Assembly (NCBI GenBank): GCA_963675785.1
Contig: OY776562.1
Coordinates: forward strand, 576,001-640,000
Source of the DNA: Anaerolineae bacterium
Lineage (GTDB): Bacteria; Chloroflexota; Anaerolineae; UBA1429
DNA length: 64,000 nucleotides
Direction: 5' to 3'
Part shown: one piece after another, positions 47,895 to 56,781 of the stretch
Layout: each line of letters starts with the position of its first letter
How positions within the stretch are numbered: position 1 is the first letter of the stretch
The notes under the pieces: model-generated
Seen by the model: only the letters and a program-made list of their open reading frames with translations
Told to the model about the DNA's origin: nothing
Databases searched by the model: none
Made by a program: the position numbers and the translations under genes

Positions 47895-49670
47895 CTAGAC
47901 GGCCGTTCTCCCCACAGATTGCTGCCGCAGCAGAGCAGGGCCGATGCGATCCATAATCCAGCCAAACCAGAACTCTGTCCAGGTCCCCAGTCGAGCCTCC
48001 CAGGGCGCATGAACAACTCGGCGAGGACGTTTGAGCAGAGCAGTTACGGTGCGTGCAATTTGCTCGGGTGCTATAGCCCAACGGTTTACCAAAAAGGTAT
48101 TGCCGATGGCGTTCATTCCTGCCTTGTCGTAAAAGTCTGTGGATACTGCGCCTGCGAGAATCAGTGATACGTTTACACCGCTTCCTCTGCTTTCGCGGTG
48201 AAGGGCAGTCGTCAAGGCATCGATATAGGCCTTGCTTGCGCTATACAGCGCCACGCCCTGCGAAGGAATGCGTCCGACAATCGAGCCGATGTTAACAATA
48301 TGACCGCTTCCTCGGTTGGTCATCTCACTGAGTGCAGAGAGCGACAAATCGGTGACAGCCTGAATGTTGAGTGCGATCATATCATCCACTTGGCTGACGG
48401 GCATCTTGCTGGCATAGCCATACCAGCCCATACCGGCATTGTTGATGAGTATATCGATGGGTCCCAGATCTCGCCGGATAGTGGCAAGAAGACGGCGGCG
48501 TTCCTCGGGCACGGTCAAGTCGGCAGGTATGATCTGGGCTGTGCCACCAAAAGCCGTGATGGACTCGGCTACGTGCTCTAGCTTTTGCTGGTTTCTTGCA
48601 GTAAGAACGACCTTGAATCCATCAAGAGCCAGCTCTTTGGCAATCGCTTCACCGATGCCCTGGGATGCGCCTGTAATGAGCGCTATTCGCCCTTCCCAGG
48701 CCTTGGGGGCATGGGCGCGACGATAAGGCAGTGATTTTGCCAGAATGTAGCGCTTGACGAACGGACGCAAGAGACGCACCGCGCGTGCACGCCAACCCAA
48801 TCGCACCTTGATGTCATTGACATAATCATCCAGTGTGCGCGTCTGGTAGTGCAACAATTCTTGGCTTTCGCGAGTATCCAACCAATCGGTATGAAAAGGT
48901 ATACTGGTGAAGGCTTCTTCTGGCAGTGTGCCTATACCAACGGCATCGAGAACCTGGTTTGCGATTTCCTGATAATATAGCTGGCAGCGCGGTCCACCGC
49001 CTAGATGAAGCGTCTTGAACCAGACTTCCTCAGTGTTTACAGTGTTTGCCAAAGCGTCTCCCAAATCCCGCGTGTGAACAAACTCCATTCGATCAGAGAG
49101 GGGCACGCCAAACATACCCTTGTCCATGATCATGGTAATGGGCAGGGCGGCTGCAAATCGAGTGATAGCCCAGGTTAGTTTGGAGCTGCGCACCATTTGT
49201 TCGCACAAAACCTTGTGTCGAGAATAGTGCTCGATAGGACTGGGTGTCTCATCTACTGTGCGGGGTGGCTTGCGATCCTGGGTTCGTCCATAGATAGCAC
49301 AAGAAGAGGCAAAGATGAGTTTCGGCGGGAGAGCCTGTGCCTCCATTGCGGCAATGACATTGCGCGTCCCTCCGACGTTGATTTCTTGAGCCCATATAGG
49401 CTCTGATTCAGAGCTGACGCCAGTTGCCGAAAGGCTGGGGATGATAAAAGCCAGATGAATGACGACATCCTGGTTTTCAACAGCTTGTTCAACATCCTCC
49501 AACTTGCGGATATCGCCCCATACTGTGCGGACAGACAATCGTTTTGCCGCTTTGCGGTTTTGTTTTGTATCCAGGTCAAAAGCGGTAACGTCGTGGCCGC
49601 GTTCTATGAGTGAATGAATCGTATTCTGTCCGACATTGCCAAAAGCACCGGTTACCAATACATGTTTCAT
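47895..49670 (-). CDS. Fusion of an extended SDR (epimerase/3beta-HSD-like) and a classical SDR
   Basis: TGAFGNVG..YSRHK; second domain TGASQGIG, NNAG, YSASK. Confidence 0.85.
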   Translation of the reverse strand: MKHVLVTGAFGNVGQNTIHSLIERGHDVTAFDLDTKQNRKAAKRLSVRTVWGDIRKLEDVEQAVENQDVVIHLAFIIPSLSATGVSSESEPIWAQEINVGGTRNVIAAMEAQALPPKLIFASSCAIYGRTQDRKPPRTVDETPSPIEHYSRHKVLCEQMVRSSKLTWAITRFAAALPITMIMDKGMFGVPLSDRMEFVHTRDLGDALANTVNTEEVWFKTLHLGGGPRCQLYYQEIANQVLDAVGIGTLPEEAFTSIPFHTDWLDTRESQELLHYQTRTLDDYVNDIKVRLGWRARAVRLLRPFVKRYILAKSLPYRRAHAPKAWEGRIALITGASQGIGEAIAKELALDGFKVVLTARNQQKLEHVAESITAFGGTAQIIPADLTVPEERRRLLATIRRDLGPIDILINNAGMGWYGYASKMPVSQVDDMIALNIQAVTDLSLSALSEMTNRGSGHIVNIGSIVGRIPSQGVALYSASKAYIDALTTALHRESRGSGVNVSLILAGAVSTDFYDKAGMNAIGNTFLVNRWAIAPEQIARTVTALLKRPRRVVHAPWEARLGTWTEFWFGWIMDRIGPALLRQQSVGRTAV

Positions 49671-50278
49671 GCTGTTCCGTTATTCCTCTGCCAGGAGCCT
49701 ACTACCTGGCGTATGCAACTGGTAGCGATATCGCTCCAGCCTTCAGATTCAGTATCCAAAAGGGATTGCAACAGCAATCCCACAACCAGCGAGATCAGGG
49801 TTTGAGCCCCTAGTTCTGGATTTATCCCCTCAAGGGAACCTTCATCGATGCCCCGCTGGATCATGTCTGCAAAATAGGTACGGTAGCGATCAAAGGGCGC
49901 AAAAGCTTCTTCCCAGACGACATCTTCTTTGCGAGCCTGCTGCCAAAAGGTAAGGATGAGAGGCAGCTGATCTTGTCCTTGTTCCATGATCTGCCCCAGG
50001 AGATTTGCCATGAGGCCGATGGTTTCGGGGACGCCAAGACCTTGCGATACCATGCGTTCAAGCTCGGCATCGAGCTGCGCGAGCCAGCCACCTAGCACTT
50101 CTAGAAACAGTACCTGCTTGCTCTCAAAGTGGTGGTAAAAGGCACCCTTGCTTATTTTCGCATGTCTGCATATTTGCGAAATACTGGCGGCATCATAGCC
50201 ATTTGCAGCAAAGTTCTGCTGTGCAGAAAGGACGATCGCGTCTCGTGTAGCCTGGCTTCTTGCTTGATGGGGGGGCAA
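49667..50278 (-). CDS. TetR/AcrR-family transcriptional regulator
   Basis: GYDAASISQIC..ISKGAFYHHFESK; TTG start after AAGGAG. Confidence 0.9.
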   Translation of the reverse strand: MPPHQARSQATRDAIVLSAQQNFAANGYDAASISQICRHAKISKGAFYHHFESKQVLFLEVLGGWLAQLDAELERMVSQGLGVPETIGLMANLLGQIMEQGQDQLPLILTFWQQARKEDVVWEEAFAPFDRYRTYFADMIQRGIDEGSLEGINPELGAQTLISLVVGLLLQSLLDTESEGWSDIATSCIRQVVGSWQRNNGTA

Positions 50279-50290
50279 GCTATTACTCCT

Positions 50291-50318
50291 TAATAATACC
50301 GACCGGTCGGTATTATTA
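50291..50318. promoter_or_regulatory. Putative TetR operator (perfect 28-bp palindrome)
   Basis: TAATAATACCGACCGGTCGGTATTATTA overlapping the -10/+1 of TTGACA-N17-GATAAT (minus strand). Confidence 0.75.
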
Positions 50319-50352
50319 TCACTGTTTTTGTGGGCATTGTCAACAAGTTCGC

Positions 50353-50399
50353 TTGCACCCTTGAAACGGGGCGTGTATACTTTGTACTCATGGGCACAA
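50353..50399 (+). promoter_or_regulatory. rex promoter with Rex-like box
   Basis: TTGCAC-N17-TATACT followed by TTGTACTCATGGGCACAA (50382-99). Confidence 0.55.
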
Positions 50400-50425
50400 T
50401 GGCAATACGTGGAGGTAGGGCAATC

Positions 50426-51082
50426 ATGGTCAACCAATCTGCGATCCCTGCGCCAAGTCTGCGCCGTCTGCCTCTTTACTATCGGAGGCTGCAGCAGGCT
50501 ATCCAAGACGGAGAGGATATTATTTCGTCGCAGGCCCTGGGTGAAGCTGCGGGGGTTCCTGCTGCCCAGGTGCGCAAGGATATCGGGCACTTGGGCGAAT
50601 ACGGACGTCCTGGTGTGGGCTATGATGTCCCTTCATTGACGACGCGTCTGGAAGAGTTTCTGGGCCTTGTCTCAGAAAAGCGAGCGCTTATCGTTGGCGT
50701 CGGTAACCTCGGTCGGGCGTTGGCATCCTATCCTGGGTTTACGCGCTATGGTTTGCATCTACGGGCGGTGTTTGACGCTGACCCTGCCAAGGTAGGTACA
50801 ACGGTGGCCGGATTGCAGATTCAGTCTCTTTCCGAGATCGGCACGACCATTCAGCAAGAACGCATCCAGATGGGCATCGTTACTGTGCCGGCTCCATATG
50901 CCCAGGAAGTAGCGGATATTTTGGTGGAGAACGGTATTTCGGTCATTTGGAACTTTGCGCCTACTTCGCTGGTTGTCCCTGATTCGGTGTTGCTGCAAAG
51001 TGTGGATCTGGCTACAGAGCTGGCGACGCTCTCACATCGCATCGTCCGACACCGTATGCGCCAGATTGACCCCAGAGCATAG
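50426..51082 (+). CDS. rex: Redox-sensing transcriptional repressor Rex
   Basis: RRLPLYYR, QVRKD..G..G.GY, GVGNLGRAL, IWNFAP. Confidence 0.95.
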   Translation: MVNQSAIPAPSLRRLPLYYRRLQQAIQDGEDIISSQALGEAAGVPAAQVRKDIGHLGEYGRPGVGYDVPSLTTRLEEFLGLVSEKRALIVGVGNLGRALASYPGFTRYGLHLRAVFDADPAKVGTTVAGLQIQSLSEIGTTIQQERIQMGIVTVPAPYAQEVADILVENGISVIWNFAPTSLVVPDSVLLQSVDLATELATLSHRIVRHRMRQIDPRA

Positions 51083-51319
51083 TATGCTAGAATGACCACG
51101 CTTTAAGATTGTGTCTTGGCTGATGTTGAGGACATGATAACCGCACCCATTGCTAATGCCTGGGGCGGTTGTCTTTTATGTGTAGTGCGAGGTTTCTTCA
51201 AGCACGGGCACAGGTAGTGTCACTCGGATCATTGCTCATGCAGGCACAACTTGCTAAAATCATTTGTTTTTTAGACGAATTATTGTAATATCGGCTTGTG
51301 TAACTGTGGGGAGGCATAG

Positions 51320-52120
51320 ATGCGATTTGCGGTCAATTCAGGGTTAGCCCTCTTTTACCTAACAGCTATGCTGGTCTTGATGCCAGCCATGGTGTCTGCC
51401 GATGAACCCGTTGTGTGCTCGAACTGCTCGCTATCTGCTGAATCTATCGTCGAAACGGATACAGGTGCACTGTTAGCTGAAAATCAGACAAGTATCAAGG
51501 ATGCTCTTGCTTCTGACAATACTACACGCTCTGATGTTTCTGTCGTCATATGGGGTGGTTGGGAAGGCATGGCGGTCCGTTTCTGGGTGGAGGATCAGGA
51601 GCTCGAGACTCTCTACACGGCTGCCAATGTCGACGGCGAGCAGCAGGTTATGTGGACTGTGTATCCTCCCTCGGGAGATTATTACTCGGTATGTGTTGAA
51701 CCACTTTTTGCCGAGGGACTGGATTCATCTCAATGGAACTATCGACTGGTTTGCCTTGAGGGAGGAAGCGCTGCTTACAGCGCCAACGGACACGATTCTG
51801 CAGGTTGTATGATCCCTTCATCCAGCCAAACGATTTTCTACTTTCAATTGGAACCGGCATCTGCTGACGAAGAGATAGTCTCTGTCTCGACAATTTCCAT
51901 GGCATCTGGGTCTGCAGAAAGCCCTGTTGCTGCAAATGTGAGCACAGGCGCTGTGGCAGAAGTTACTGCTGAGGTGAATACAGTTGCAGATACACAGGCG
52001 GATCTAGAAGAATTGCCGCATACAGGGATTCTGGATGACTTCAATGCCGTATCTCTATTAAACCGGCTGATCATCCTTGCTGGCTGCTCTTGTTTGGCTT
52101 TGTTGGGGAAAGAGCACTAG
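51320..52120 (+). CDS. Secreted protein with LPxTG-like (LPHTG) C-terminal sorting signal
   Basis: Signal peptide (VSA-DE), acidic Ala/Ser/Thr stalk, LPHTG at 52013-27, hydrophobic tail ending GKEH. Confidence 0.65.
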   Translation: MRFAVNSGLALFYLTAMLVLMPAMVSADEPVVCSNCSLSAESIVETDTGALLAENQTSIKDALASDNTTRSDVSVVIWGGWEGMAVRFWVEDQELETLYTAANVDGEQQVMWTVYPPSGDYYSVCVEPLFAEGLDSSQWNYRLVCLEGGSAAYSANGHDSAGCMIPSSSQTIFYFQLEPASADEEIVSVSTISMASGSAESPVAANVSTGAVAEVTAEVNTVADTQADLEELPHTGILDDFNAVSLLNRLIILAGCSCLALLGKEH

Positions 52121-52145
52121 ATATTACATCAACCTGTGATGTAAT

Positions 52146-52174
52146 AAAAACGGCGCCGTAAGGCGCCGTTTTTT
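52146..52174. terminator. Terminator
   Basis: AAAAACGGCGCC-GTAA-GGCGCCGTTTTTT. Confidence 0.8.
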
Positions 52175-52255
52175 GTTTGTGCATTGACCTTCGGAATGTG
52201 GTATGATGACATAATATGTGTGTAGATAATACCCCCGCGTATTGAGAGGACTACC

Positions 52256-53185
52256 ATGAATAGCCCTTTGACTATATTGAAGCGTTTGCTTCTCGTTTTG
52301 ATTATTGGTGCACTGATAATGGCGGTGATTGCTTATGCAGGTCATGCTGATCCAACGGATGGCACAAATACACCTGTGGCAGCAACAACGCCCAGTTCTG
52401 ATGCAGTGACTACTGAGCCAATGGCGACTTTGACACCACAGCCCTCGCCTTCACCGACAGAGGTTATGCCTAGCTCAACGCCTACATCTACGGCAACGGA
52501 GCTTCCCGTCGCGACAGAGGCGCCTACTCAGGCGTCTGCAAATCCTGATTTCGTGCCGACGCCTGGGATATCTTCGCCGATCTCTTCTCGTTATGTGATC
52601 GGTGGCATCAATTTTGTTGATCCAACCCATCCTGTGGATATAATCTATCCACTTACCCTTGATGGGAGCCAGACCTATACTCTGAGTGATGTCGATTTAC
52701 TGGTTTCTGATGCCGATGGGGCGAATTACGCCACGTTTCTGAATATCGGTTCTTGGGTCGGCAAGCACAAGATCTTTGTCTATGCGGATGTGCTCATTGG
52801 TTCCCCAATCCTTAGTGTACATGACGGTTATTGGGCCGGCACGCCCTTGGCCGCTGAAGCTTTGCGCCATGCGATTGAGGGAACAGTTGCGAATCCTTAT
52901 ACAATTGACGTGATACAGGTTAATCTCGCCGATCTTGTTGGGGAGACTTTTACTTTTGAGCAGTCGGGCAGAATCGCAAACTTTATCGTGTCACAAGCTG
53001 TTCGCATGGACCCTGAGACGACCGATGATTATCTCTATCGCGCTGGCGAGCTTTCTGCGCTACTAGCCCCCATCGAGGATCCCGGGCAGACTATACTTTG
53101 GTTGATGTGCAGCACGGGCCAGCCTGGTGAGCCCGACGAGACGTTTCCGGCGCGTTTTGTGTTGGCGCTAACCTATATGGAATAA
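52256..53185 (+). CDS. Membrane-anchored protein, putative highly diverged sortase
   Basis: N-terminal TM, Pro/Thr linker, SVHDG (H189), LVGETFTF, ILWLMC (sole Cys, C285), ARFVLAL (R300). Confidence 0.55.
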   Translation: MNSPLTILKRLLLVLIIGALIMAVIAYAGHADPTDGTNTPVAATTPSSDAVTTEPMATLTPQPSPSPTEVMPSSTPTSTATELPVATEAPTQASANPDFVPTPGISSPISSRYVIGGINFVDPTHPVDIIYPLTLDGSQTYTLSDVDLLVSDADGANYATFLNIGSWVGKHKIFVYADVLIGSPILSVHDGYWAGTPLAAEALRHAIEGTVANPYTIDVIQVNLADLVGETFTFEQSGRIANFIVSQAVRMDPETTDDYLYRAGELSALLAPIEDPGQTILWLMCSTGQPGEPDETFPARFVLALTYME

Positions 53186-53197
53186 ATCGGATGCGTG

Positions 53198-53234
53198 AAA
53201 AAAGCCCCTGACAACTCTGTCAGGGGCTTTTTTT
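53198..53234. terminator. Bidirectional terminator
   Basis: AAAAAAGCCCCTGACA-ACTC-TGTCAGGGGCTTTTTTT. Confidence 0.85.
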
Positions 53235-53238
53235 CGTG

Positions 53239-54615
53239 TTAGTTGGTAAAGCTAATGTAGGGGAGACTTACCCAGTAATCGCCTGGCCCAGGAGCAACAG
53301 GTTCGGGTGTCGGAACATAATTTACATCCAACAGAACGGGTATTGATGCCCGCGCGACAGAGTTGGTAGTCGAGGAATCTGCAATAACTTCCAGCGATCC
53401 CGTGTAACTTCCCGGTTCGAGCGAAGTGATATCTACATAAACCTGGCCGTTCGTGCCGTCGATTGCACCAGGGACTATCCAAGAAGTAGCGCTTTCCAGA
53501 CGGTAACCACTGACATTTTTCACCAGGGAGCTCATCTCAACGGCGAACGATGTGCCAGTCATTCTCGATGAGAGATCCAAATCGACATAACCCGGGTTCA
53601 CACTCATCGCTACGCGTCCCCATGTAGGCACGTGTGCCGAGGCAAGGTGCCGAATGTAATCTGAGGTAATCGATGAGTCAACAGTGTAAAGATAACCGGC
53701 GTCTGAGCTGCTCATGGTACCTTGCTGGTCCAATATGGTGATGACTGTGCCCTCTCGACCAGATTGATCGGTCCAGTTAGCAATGTGCGCCGAATCTACA
53801 AAGTTAGAGCTGGCTTGCGGATCTGAGGCTACCCAGCCGAGATCGGGATAGTAAACTTCGATCCACTGATGTCGACCGCCGTCTTCACCGACTGACCAAC
53901 CATTGATATTGGCAACGCCGCCGTACACGGAGCGGGCCGGGATGCCGACTGCGCGCAGCATTGCGATGGAGAGATTGGCGTAACCGACGCAATAGGCGCG
54001 TCCTTGATCATATACAGAAGACGCATCCATGGGGCCTGCATAGTCATAACTAACATTTGCTCGAACCCACTGCAGGATGGTATCGACCACTTCGGCCTGT
54101 ATGGTGGAATCACCCGCCAGTAGGTTGGCCTGTGCGGCAATATCCGGATCACTCACCTGAATCCATCCGGGTCGGTCGGTCAGCCATTCGGTCTCTTCTT
54201 CACCGAGTGCTGCCGAATCGACTGGGTAGGGCGCTGAAGTGTTGACTTCGCGCTCTGTAACCACTTCTATCTCTACGGTGGTATCGGTTCGGTTCAAAAC
54301 TGAAAGATGATAGTTCGCCAGATCATAATCCTGAATATCATCGAGGTTGACGGAATTGGAGATCAGCATATGGGATGTCATCGTACCGGCAAAGACATCG
54401 ATACTCAACAGGTATTGACCACCGCTATTGATGGTAACTGTGTCTGGGCTAACGTTGCCATCGAACTCAGGCTCATAAATTTCTGCTGCTACACCCAGTT
54501 CTGTCACTGTGGTCGGGTCGTCAGCAAGTATGATAGCAGGAGTGGCAAGAAGGATGGCAGCGATGATAGCAGTGATGACTAACTGTGCTCTCAGATGTAA
54601 CGGATGCTGTCTCAT
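53239..54615 (-). CDS. Secreted transglutaminase-like protein with C-terminal Ig/BACON-like domain
   Basis: Signal peptide; triad motifs YCVGYANL..LRAVGIPAR, HQWIEVY, WVASDP; ends PTPEP..YWVSLPYI. Confidence 0.85.
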   Translation of the reverse strand: MRQHPLHLRAQLVITAIIAAILLATPAIILADDPTTVTELGVAAEIYEPEFDGNVSPDTVTINSGGQYLLSIDVFAGTMTSHMLISNSVNLDDIQDYDLANYHLSVLNRTDTTVEIEVVTEREVNTSAPYPVDSAALGEEETEWLTDRPGWIQVSDPDIAAQANLLAGDSTIQAEVVDTILQWVRANVSYDYAGPMDASSVYDQGRAYCVGYANLSIAMLRAVGIPARSVYGGVANINGWSVGEDGGRHQWIEVYYPDLGWVASDPQASSNFVDSAHIANWTDQSGREGTVITILDQQGTMSSSDAGYLYTVDSSITSDYIRHLASAHVPTWGRVAMSVNPGYVDLDLSSRMTGTSFAVEMSSLVKNVSGYRLESATSWIVPGAIDGTNGQVYVDITSLEPGSYTGSLEVIADSSTTNSVARASIPVLLDVNYVPTPEPVAPGPGDYWVSLPYISFTN

Positions 54616-54657
54616 TTACTTGTCTCCGCATAGTTTTATAAACTTACTACTAACCTA

Positions 54658-54745
54658 AGTGTATGCGTAATGAGACTTTCATCCGTTAAGAACATCTAAA
54701 CCCATCGTAAAGAAAGCGTTAGGAAAGCGTCATGAAACTTTAAGG
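54658..54745 (-). promoter_or_regulatory. -10 box plus five to six 11-bp phased direct repeats
   Basis: TACACT on the minus strand at 54658-63; CGTTAAGAACA/TCTAAACCCAT/CGTAAAGAAAG/CGTTAGGAAAG/CGTCATGAAAC from 54684. Confidence 0.6.
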
Positions 54746-54772
54746 CCCGGAGCTTGAGCTCCGGGCCTTAAA
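54739..54772 (-). terminator. Terminator of fba
   Basis: TTTAAGGCCCGGAGC-TTGA-GCTCCGGGCCTTAAA. Confidence 0.75.
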
Positions 54773-54796
54773 ATGCAGAACTATAGTGTCAGTTCA

Positions 54797-55807
54797 TTAT
54801 TCCATGGAGGATTTGTATTGGCCGTATCGGGCGAGGCCGTTGAGCTTGGCTCGTTTGATGTATTCGGCTTGAGCCAGGGCGCGGTTGGCATCATCGCCCT
54901 TCCAGGCTTCCAATACAGGGGACTGAAGTGCCCGTCCGTAGGAGAAAGACAACTCCCAGGGTGTGCCGCCGATGCGGTTCATGGCATCGAGATGGGCTGT
55001 GGCCAGCTCGGCGCTCTGCCCTCCCGAAAGGAAGACAATGCCCGGAACGGCAGATGGTACTGTGCGCTTGAGGGTCTGGATTGTAGCCTGAGCTACCTCT
55101 GCCACATCGGCTTGCACGGGGCAATCTATTCCCGATATGGTCATGTTTGGTTTGAGCAGCATGCCTTCCAGGATGATGCGAGAATCATACAACGCCGCAA
55201 AAACGGTGTTCAGTGTCTCTGTGGTAACACGGTCGCAGATTTCGAGGCTGTGACCGCCGTCCATCAACACCTCGGGCTCTATAATGGGAACGATATCATT
55301 CTCTTGGCAAAGAGCTGCGTATCGTGCCAGCGCTTCGGCGTTAGCCGAGAGTGCGTTGGCTGTAGGTATCCCTTCGCCGATGTGGATAACGGCACGCCAC
55401 TTGGCAAAGCGCGCTCCCAGGTTTCTATATTCCACTAGCCTGTCTCTAAGGCCGTCAAGCCCTTCAGTGATGGTCTCCCCTGGGAAGAGAGCCATTGTTT
55501 TTGCACCCTTGTCTACTTTGATGCCCGGGATGACGCCCTTGCTAGCTAGCAGCTCGGGAAAGGGTGTGCCATCGGCGCTTGATTGCCGGATCGTCTCATC
55601 ATAGAGAATGACGCCGCTGATGTGGTCCTCGACGCTTGGTGCTGTAAAGAGAAGGTCGCGGTATCGCTGCCGTGCATCAACTGTGGATTCGACGTGAATG
55701 CTGGCCAGCCGTTTTGTGATCGTGCTGGTGCTCTCATCGGCTGCCAAAATGCCCTTGCCGGGTGCGACGAGTTCTCGAGCGGTGCTAACAAGTTTCTTAA
55801 CGTCCAT
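54797..55807 (-). CDS. Fructose-bisphosphate aldolase class I
   Basis: GKGILAADES, KWRAV, PIIEPEV, Schiff-base LLKPNM, FLSGGQS, FSYGRALQ. Confidence 0.95.
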   Translation of the reverse strand: MDVKKLVSTARELVAPGKGILAADESTSTITKRLASIHVESTVDARQRYRDLLFTAPSVEDHISGVILYDETIRQSSADGTPFPELLASKGVIPGIKVDKGAKTMALFPGETITEGLDGLRDRLVEYRNLGARFAKWRAVIHIGEGIPTANALSANAEALARYAALCQENDIVPIIEPEVLMDGGHSLEICDRVTTETLNTVFAALYDSRIILEGMLLKPNMTISGIDCPVQADVAEVAQATIQTLKRTVPSAVPGIVFLSGGQSAELATAHLDAMNRIGGTPWELSFSYGRALQSPVLEAWKGDDANRALAQAEYIKRAKLNGLARYGQYKSSME

Positions 55808-55953
55808 GAGATACCCCTTTCAGGTATGTTGGCTGCTGCATAATAGTCTACTGATCGATGGTCAAGAGTATGGCCTCTGGCATGCCCCTTTGTAAAAAAA
55901 TGGTTACTGTTTATTCAAGAATAGGCCTGTTCGTTTGTGATTGTCAATGGCAT

Positions 55954-56781
55954 TTATGCGGTAGTCGAGGTCATTGTTCGTTGACGGGCACCCTTGATGA
56001 GTAAGGCGACAAAATAGCTAACGGCCGACACCAGGATGATTGTAGCGCCTGAGGTGAGGTTAAAGCTGTACGACACCCATAAACCGACCGTTGAGAAAAT
56101 GGCACCGAGGATCATGGCAATCAACATGACCACCTTCATATCTCGAGAGAACAGACTGCCGATAGCGGCGGGGATGGTCAACAAGGCGATGACCATGATG
56201 AGACCTACCACGCGCATCATCATGACAACGGTAACAGCGATGAGGCAGACGAGAATGGTATGCACTACATCAACGGGAACACCTGCGACGCGAGCATAGG
56301 TTTCATCAAACGACATGGCCAGGAATTGTTTGAACAGCAAAGCCGTTACCAGTACGACGAGCACATCCACGCCAAGCATCAGCCAAAGATAGCTGGTAGG
56401 TACGGCCAGGATGCTGCCAAAGAGGTAGCTCATGAGATCTGCCTTGTATCCCTTGGTCAGATCGATGAGCACAATGCCGATGGCCATACCGACGGCCCAC
56501 ATGACGCCGATGATCGTATCGGCACGTTCGCGTGTTTTGCGCTGCACAGCGCCCATGCCAACGGCGGCCAACAGGCTAAACCCTATGGCGCCCAGGGTGG
56601 GATCAAACCCTAAAAAGTAACCCAGCCCAATGCCGCCATAGGCCGCATGGGCAATGCCCCCGCTGATAAAGACGATGCGATTGATGACCACTAGAGTGCC
56701 AATAATGCCGCAAGCAATGCTGACCAACAGCCCGGCGAGCAGGGCGTTGCGCATAAATTCATATTGTAGTGCTTCAATCAT
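55954..56781 (-). CDS. znuB: Zn/Mn ABC transporter permease
   Basis: GIAHAAYGG, YLFGSIL, SFDE..A..G. Confidence 0.88.
   Translation of the reverse strand: MIEALQYEFMRNALLAGLLVSIACGIIGTLVVINRIVFISGGIAHAAYGGIGLGYFLGFDPTLGAIGFSLLAAVGMGAVQRKTRERADTIIGVMWAVGMAIGIVLIDLTKGYKADLMSYLFGSILAVPTSYLWLMLGVDVLVVLVTALLFKQFLAMSFDETYARVAGVPVDVVHTILVCLIAVTVVMMMRVVGLIMVIALLTIPAAIGSLFSRDMKVVMLIAMILGAIFSTVGLWVSYSFNLTSGATIILVSAVSYFVALLIKGARQRTMTSTTA

Noticed and set aside
50279-50590. Long N-terminal extensions of TetR and Rex overlapping head-to-head
   Set aside because: RBS-supported starts at 50278 and 50426 leave a normal intergenic region
54684-54745. Tandem repeats as CRISPR or iterons
   Set aside because: Units are 11 bp, degenerate and have no spacers or adjacent rep/cas genes; better explained as regulator sites
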